A stretch of 61,969 nucleotides of DNA from a virus (Duplodnaviria > Caudoviricetes): the IMG/VR virus record IMGVR_UViG_3300015242_000003, positions 1 through 61,969 of that record; one strand, written 5' to 3'. Every line of letters starts with the position of its first letter. The stretch's first letter is position 1. Shown piece by piece: positions 56,997 to 61,969 of this stretch. Under the pieces are notes generated by a model that saw nothing but the letters and a program-made list of their open reading frames with translations, was not told where the DNA came from and made no database searches. A program made the position numbers and the translations under genes.

Positions 56997-59579
56997 GTGG
57001 TACGACGCACGCCGAATTCGCCTGGTCCCAGTGCGTCGGAAAGCGGTTCGAATTCGGGTGGTGGCGACAACCTCCGAAGCAAGCGTCCTTGGCATTCCTT
57101 TGCCCAAAAATACTTTGAAGCCGGCTGGGTGCCGCTCCCTTTGCCGCCTCGGCGGAAAAGTTCACCGCCCACTGGCAGCACTGGCAAGTACGATATGCCA
57201 GACAAGCAAAAGGTCATGAAGTGGCATAAGGATTATCAGGCTAACGGCAATATCGCGCTGCGGATGCCCGATACCGTAATTGGTATTGACGTAGATGCCT
57301 ATGGCGAGAAGGTCGGCCGCGCCTCGTTCGATGAACTCCTCGCAGACCTCGGGCCGCTCCCGGACACCTGGACTCTTACGGCGCGGTCGGACGGCGTCTC
57401 GGGCATCCGGTTCTTCCGGGTCCCGGGCGGCCTTCATTGGTCGGGCCAACCGATCGCCGATATCCAGATAATTCAGAATCATCACAGGTACGCAGTCGCA
57501 TACCCCTCGGTTCACCCGGACACGAAAAAGATCTACCTGTGGTATCCTCCTGGCACGAGCCTGAATGGGACGCCCGAAGGCATTACGGTCGACAACGAGA
57601 TCCCGCTGCTCTCCGACCTCGCGAAGATGCCCGCTCCGTGGGTCGAGGGGCTCTCGGGCGGCAAGATCTGGTCCGCTCTCCCGTCCGACGTCTCCGCGAC
57701 CCGGACGGACATCCTCCGGTGGGTAAAGGAGCGGCCTGCCGGGGAGATGTGCCGCCTCATGCGGAAGCAAGCGCAGGCAGCGGTCGACGAGATGTCCGGC
57801 GGCGCGCACGACGCATTGAACTCCCGAGTCTACTCAGTCGTTAGTTTGGCTAGCGAAGGACATTCCGGCATCGTCAAAGCGATCCGGCTGATGCGAGATT
57901 CCTTCTATGAAGAAGTAAAGGCCCCCGGACGCAAGGGGCGACGTTCAGACAGACAGGCCATCCTCGAGTTCAACCGGGTCCGAGACGGCGCCGTTCGTAT
58001 CATGATGGCTTCGGTTGCCGACGGCGAATCGGTTGCTGAGGACGAGTGCGGGTGCGCGGAAAACTCGTTGTCGTGGGGCGAGAAGCTCGGCATCCAAGTA
58101 GAGGAACCGGAGAGTGGTTCGGTTCGTAAACGTGCTCGAATGGGTAAAGCTAAACCAGCCGATAAATATACATATGACGATTCGGGGAACGCAGACCATT
58201 TGTTGGATATCCTAGATGGGTCAGCGTATTACGTCGCAGGGGATAAGGCTTGGTATTTCTGGGCCCCAGATACAGGGGCTTGGGTTCCTGACCCAAATGG
58301 GAACCGAGCTATGCAGGCGTCTCAGCTTGTCGGGAAGCGACAGCGAGAGTTGTGTGATGAGTGGACTGACAAGCTCGTATCATCAGGGTCATCAGTATCA
58401 GCAGATGTCGGAGGAGACCTGGCCGGAAAGATCGGGTTGCTTTCTAAGCACGCGAAGATCTCTTCAGACCACAAAGGGCTCGTTAATATGGCGAAGATCG
58501 CCGCATCGCAAGATCGGGCACTGCAGGATGCCGAAGCCTTTGATTGTTTACCCGCGCTGCTTGCCTGCCCGAATGGAACGCTTGAGTTAGGGGCTTCGGA
58601 GGTTCGGTTCCGGCCGGCTTCCCGTTCAGATCTCATTTCGCTGTCCACTGGAACCCGTTACGCTCCAGGGGCTAAATTGGAAGCCTGGGATGCGTATCTT
58701 GCTCGTTTCTTGCCCGATGCCTCGGTTGCGCGGTATGTGCAGAAAATCGCGGGCTACACCCTGTTCGGTTCCAACCCAGAGCGAAAAATGTTCTTCATGC
58801 AGGGCACCACCTCTACTGGAAAAACCACCTTCGTCAACGCGTTTAATGGGGCGCTCGGAGAATATGCTGGCACAATGAACTTGTCGCTGTTCAGAGACAA
58901 CCAGGATGAGCGGCCGAGAGCAGACCTTGTTCGTGGGCTTGGGAAAAGGCTGTTGGCCGCTTCGGAGGCCTCGGCGGAGTGGTATCTGCACGCGGACCAG
59001 GTCAAGCGGCTCACTGGCGGAGATCCGATCCGGGCACGGCTGCTCAACTCGTCGAATTATGTCGAGCGGATTCCCGCGTTTACTCCGTGGGTCGCGACGA
59101 ACGCGATGCCGCAGATCCTCGGCAAGGACAAAGCGATCGAACGGCGGCTTGTCTGCGTGCCGTTCCGCGAGGTTGTAGATGCCGGTAGCGAGAACTTCGC
59201 CGTGTCGGTCGCCCTCGCATCCGCGGAGGGGCGTTCTGCCCTGCTCGCGTGGGCTGTACGGGGCTGGGAGCTGTACCGGGAAGAAGGCATGGCCGCGCCC
59301 GAGGTGGTGCTACAGGAGACCGCGAAGATGCTGGGCGAGATGACCGATCTCGATGTGTTCTTGACCGAGGTAACGCGGGTCGACGCTGGTGGCAAAGTCC
59401 TGGCGCACGAGCTTTTCGAGCGCTGGATGATGTGGGCTGAAGTGGGGAATGTAGACGTCTCCCGGATGTCAATTAACAAGTTCGGACGGGAGCTAACTGG
59501 ACGGGGATACGGCATTCAGACTACATCGAAGGGCGGCAAAAGCGTAAAGATTCGTACTGGTCTTTCCTGGGTTAAGTAG
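56997..59579 (+). CDS. bifunctional primase-polymerase fused to an SF3 (D5/P4-like) helicase
   Basis: VIGIDVD, YPSVHP; GTTSTGKTT, ASE, VATNAMP, ERRLVCVPF. Confidence 0.92.
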   Translation: MVRRTPNSPGPSASESGSNSGGGDNLRSKRPWHSFAQKYFEAGWVPLPLPPRRKSSPPTGSTGKYDMPDKQKVMKWHKDYQANGNIALRMPDTVIGIDVDAYGEKVGRASFDELLADLGPLPDTWTLTARSDGVSGIRFFRVPGGLHWSGQPIADIQIIQNHHRYAVAYPSVHPDTKKIYLWYPPGTSLNGTPEGITVDNEIPLLSDLAKMPAPWVEGLSGGKIWSALPSDVSATRTDILRWVKERPAGEMCRLMRKQAQAAVDEMSGGAHDALNSRVYSVVSLASEGHSGIVKAIRLMRDSFYEEVKAPGRKGRRSDRQAILEFNRVRDGAVRIMMASVADGESVAEDECGCAENSLSWGEKLGIQVEEPESGSVRKRARMGKAKPADKYTYDDSGNADHLLDILDGSAYYVAGDKAWYFWAPDTGAWVPDPNGNRAMQASQLVGKRQRELCDEWTDKLVSSGSSVSADVGGDLAGKIGLLSKHAKISSDHKGLVNMAKIAASQDRALQDAEAFDCLPALLACPNGTLELGASEVRFRPASRSDLISLSTGTRYAPGAKLEAWDAYLARFLPDASVARYVQKIAGYTLFGSNPERKMFFMQGTTSTGKTTFVNAFNGALGEYAGTMNLSLFRDNQDERPRADLVRGLGKRLLAASEASAEWYLHADQVKRLTGGDPIRARLLNSSNYVERIPAFTPWVATNAMPQILGKDKAIERRLVCVPFREVVDAGSENFAVSVALASAEGRSALLAWAVRGWELYREEGMAAPEVVLQETAKMLGEMTDLDVFLTEVTRVDAGGKVLAHELFERWMMWAEVGNVDVSRMSINKFGRELTGRGYGIQTTSKGGKSVKIRTGLSWVK

Positions 59580-59930
59580 AGGGCCTATTCGATCTTGAAA
59601 ACGGTAGTTAAAAGGGTAGTTCGATCTTGGTTTGATATTTTTACTGCACGGTTGGTTGTTGGTTTGCAATTAACCAGTTGAAAAAGCTCCTGAAGACGAG
59701 TAGTTAGCTACTGGTTTCAGGAGGGATCGGTAGCCAATGAAATGCCTGGTAGAGATGGGTTTCTACTATAATAACTACCGAACTACCGATTTTAAAGGGG
59801 GAGAGGTAGTTTAATAGAGTAACCGGAGAGCCTCTCCGTTTAGAGGGTTTTGAAACGCTACGCAGCTCTAACTTCTAGCAATCGGTAGCCGGTAGTTTTC
59901 AGGGTAGGATTTCGGTGTAATTTGGAGGGA
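59580..59930. repeat. putative replication origin: AT-rich with GGTAG(TT)/(AA)CTACC repeats
   Basis: Non-coding and AT-rich, about ten GGTAG/CTACC copies in both orientations right after the primase-helicase gene. Confidence 0.6.
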
Positions 59931-59932
59931 AA

Positions 59933-60082
59933 GTGAGCGAAAATCCGCTGGATTATTTGGATCTACATATCGCGTTGTTGGCGGAGAAGTTGGAGTCGAT
60001 CGAGAGCAGGATCTCTGGGGTATCGTCTTCGTTAGATCGGATTGCCGATGCTTTGGAAGCGATGTTGGAGAAGGGCGAGTAA
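59933..60082 (+). CDS. small coiled-coil protein (not in the ORF track)
   Basis: GGAGGG RBS, GTG start, 49 aa heptad pattern, TAATG coupling to the next ORF. Confidence 0.5.
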   Translation: MSENPLDYLDLHIALLAEKLESIESRISGVSSSLDRIADALEAMLEKGE

Positions 60083-60276
60083 TGGCTGACAAGCTGAGGG
60101 ATGTTGAGCCCGAGGGGCCAACTGAATTTAGTTGGGGACGGGGAATTCAGGCGCCCACGAGTTTGGGAGCCGTTCCCAGTAACCGCGAGGCGCATCGGGC
60201 GATGCTTCGAGTTGACCAGGAGAGCGAAGATCCGGGAGCAGTGGCGAGCTATGAGCACTACATTCGAGAGGGATGA
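60082..60276 (+). CDS. hypothetical protein
   Basis: TAATG coupling. Confidence 0.4.
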   Translation: MADKLRDVEPEGPTEFSWGRGIQAPTSLGAVPSNREAHRAMLRVDQESEDPGAVASYEHYIREG

Positions 60277-61087
60277 GGAAGCTGAGTGGGACGCGCTGCC
60301 TTTGGACGACCCACGAAGGAAGCTGACGCCTGAACGCTTTCGGGAACTGAGGGCGCAGGCCACGAAGACGCGAGACGACTACTACTCGACTCCGGAGCCC
60401 GAGCAACCCACAGACGCGGATATCGACGCGTCGTGGGGCTTTACCCCGACGATGACGCCTGAGGAGCGACGCGCGCTAATTCGCCAACGCGCGGACGACG
60501 ACGAGATCGAGGAAGACCCGGAACTCGCCGAGCGCACGAAATGGGAGATTCGGGCTCTTCGCGAGGAAGAAGACCTCGTCGCCGAGCTGTCGCGGAAGTC
60601 GCTCACGTCGCTGCCGCGCGAAGTGCGCAAGCTCGTTCGGCAGTTCCCGAACAACATGAAGCTGAGGGCGCTGTACGACCGGCTCGCGACCGAGCTGTAC
60701 GAGCGCACTGACGAGACGCTCAAGGCCGGCCTGCTCGATGCGGTCGACACGATGCTGGACGTTATGGAGAATGGCGAGGACGCGCAACGGCTCAAGGCCG
60801 CGACCTACGTTTTCGAGCGGTTGCGCGGCAAGACTCCAGAGATCGTGCAGGTTTCGGCCGACAAGCCGTTCCAGGTCGTGCTCGAGCGTCTCGTAACGGG
60901 GCCTAGGAGGGCCCGTGCGGCTCTCGAGGCTGCCGAGGGGGAAGAAGTGCTCGATGCGGAGGTAATCTCGGGAGAGGCCCATACAGGGCCGCCAGAGGCG
61001 CAGAAAGCCGAGAAGGCCGACAACGGCTCCCGTACTGGGGAAGACTTGTTCGGCGAAGAGCGCGCGATGATGCGCGAGTGGAGCTGA
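60251..61087 (+). CDS. putative terminase small subunit (start uncertain)
   Basis: AVDTMLDVM...QRLKAATYVFERLRGK motif; lies upstream of terL on the circular map. Confidence 0.55.
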   Translation: MSTTFERDEEAEWDALPLDDPRRKLTPERFRELRAQATKTRDDYYSTPEPEQPTDADIDASWGFTPTMTPEERRALIRQRADDDEIEEDPELAERTKWEIRALREEEDLVAELSRKSLTSLPREVRKLVRQFPNNMKLRALYDRLATELYERTDETLKAGLLDAVDTMLDVMENGEDAQRLKAATYVFERLRGKTPEIVQVSADKPFQVVLERLVTGPRRARAALEAAEGEEVLDAEVISGEAHTGPPEAQKAEKADNGSRTGEDLFGEERAMMREWS

Positions 61088-61090
61088 AAG

Positions 61091-61274
61091 GCAACTTCAC
61101 AGAGCGAGGACCAGGCGGGATGACGCGAGCCGAGCGTTCGCGGGTTTCATCCCCGCGACTCGATCGACCCTTGCCTCTGCCACCCTCGCGGGTGCGGGCT
61201 GTTCAGGCGTTCCGTTGCCCCGATGTACTCGGGTACTCCTCGCGGCCCTACTTGGTGTCGCTCTGTGAAGTTGT
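61091..61274 (-). ncRNA. candidate ~184-nt structured non-coding RNA
   Basis: Consensus promoter at 61281-61309; predicted start coincides with a perfect 16-bp 5'/3' closing stem; internal helices and a GNRA loop. Confidence 0.65.
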
Positions 61275-61280
61275 AACGCC

Positions 61281-61309
61281 AGTCTACTGGTTGGTCTGGA
61301 GTTTGGCAA
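61281..61309 (-). promoter_or_regulatory. promoter TTGCCA-N17-TAGACT
   Basis: Matches the repeated consensus. Confidence 0.8.
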
Positions 61310-61338
61310 TACTCCGAATGGGGCAACTTGGAGACATG

Positions 61339-61360
61339 AAAAAGCCCCCTTTCGGGGGCC
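61339..61360 (-). terminator. intrinsic terminator
   Basis: Minus strand GCCCCC-GAAA-GGGGGC-TTTTT. Confidence 0.8.
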
Positions 61361-61377
61361 TGTGTGCGGGAAGGGTT

Positions 61378-61584
61378 TTAGGCCTTGTCGGCCGCCCACT
61401 CGCGGTTGGCCAGCTGGCGGGCCTTGTGGTAGTCGCCCGTACGGTGGATCGTCACGGTCTGGTTCGCGGGGGAGACCCGAGCGATCTCGTAGCAGTCCGA
61501 GCCGTCGCGGTAGGTGCTGGTGATGAGCGCGATGGCCCAGCCGTTGCGGGTGTTGGCAACCTTGGCGTTCTGCGAGTTCGTCAT
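61378..61584 (-). CDS. small hypothetical protein, probably leaderless
   Basis: TATAGT -10 box 6 nt upstream of ATG, no SD sequence; followed by a terminator. Confidence 0.65.
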   Translation of the reverse strand: MTNSQNAKVANTRNGWAIALITSTYRDGSDCYEIARVSPANQTVTIHRTGDYHKARQLANREWAADKA

Positions 61585-61707
61585 ACCACAACTATACACG
61601 GATCTCCAGAACTGGGAATACTCCGAATGGCTTAACTTGGACACGCCAGCAGCCCGACCGTTGCCGGTCGGGTCTTGCGCAAAAGAGCGGGTAACCTCCA
61701 GATACGA

Positions 61708-61738
61708 GAAAACCCGACCCCCGTAGGGGCCGGGTCTT
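61708..61738 (-). terminator. intrinsic terminator
   Basis: Minus strand GACCCGGCCCC-TACG-GGGGTCGGGTT-TTCT. Confidence 0.75.
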
Positions 61739-61742
61739 GGTG

Positions 61743-61901
61743 TTAGCCGTTGAGGAGGGCTGCGTACTCGTGCGCCTTCTCGCGGGTGAGGTTGTCGCTG
61801 TGGAGTCCGGTCTTCAGGTCCTCGACCCGGTAGGTGCTCTCCTGTCCGGTGACGCTGCGCTCCATGACGATGAATTGCTCGGTGATCAGGTTGTCGCTCA
61901 T
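61743..61901 (-). CDS. small hypothetical protein, 52 aa (not in the ORF track)
   Basis: MSDNLITEQFIVMERS...AALLNG*; GGGAG RBS, with its own promoter and terminator. Confidence 0.7.
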   Translation of the reverse strand: MSDNLITEQFIVMERSVTGQESTYRVEDLKTGLHSDNLTREKAHEYAALLNG

Positions 61902-61969
61902 GTCCGCTCCCGCTGTTCAGTTGGTGTAGCACCAGCCTACTCCTCAGATCTGCATTTGGCAAGTCTGGA

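Noticed and set aside
3007-59515. Many long minus-strand ORFs (for example 3663-4565, 8766-9761, 19194-20156, 31574-32902)
   Set aside because: They are antisense shadows of GC3-biased genes with no RBS or recognisable motifs
61091-61274. Identification as a Y RNA (YrlA), Ms1 RNA or a second hammerhead
   Set aside because: No T-loop, no recognisable Ms1 sequence and no CUGANGA core, so it is left unassigned
61078-61635. ORF-track proteins overlapping the candidate ncRNA (61078-61635 + and 61097-61591 -)
   Set aside because: Low-complexity translations that run across a promoter and terminator and overlap a better-supported gene
61893-61969. Terminal repeat as a biological direct terminal repeat
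   Set aside because: It is exactly 77 bp and cuts through a gene start, which fits an assembler overlap; true ends cannot be inferred from it
1-61969. Temperate lifestyle or prophage
   Set aside because: No integrase, ParAB, repressor or flanking host genes were recognised

Overview
The window looks like a complete, circularly assembled ~61.9 kb GC-rich tailed phage genome (siphovirus-type; bases 1-77 recur at 61893-61969), most likely infecting an actinomycete. No integrase or repressor was recognised, so it is probably lytic. The order on the + strand is: intein-containing terminase large subunit, portal, JAB/MPN protease, MuF-ADP-ribosyltransferase fusion, scaffold, decoration and major capsid proteins, head-tail and tail genes, a lysis cassette, an early accessory region, replication and nucleotide-metabolism genes (SNF2 helicase, Cas4/RecB-like nuclease, AAA ATPase, SSB-like protein, DnaE, MazG, ThyX-like, RuvC-like, primase-helicase), an origin-like repeat region, a terminase small subunit-like gene, and a short leftward-transcribed island. 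The most notable features are: (1) an RNA layer the ORF track misses, made up of a type II hammerhead ribozyme, a tRNA mimic lacking an anticodon arm, a promoter-driven ~184-nt RNA with paired ends, and a pseudoknotted leader; (2) a portal-JAB-MuF/ART head module; (3) an FAD enzyme/HAD/Nmad/SDR/DnaE cluster that suggests an uncharacterised DNA modification; (4) a sortase-anchored surface protein. All protein calls come from motif recognition and gene order by eye; no database search or folding program was run.
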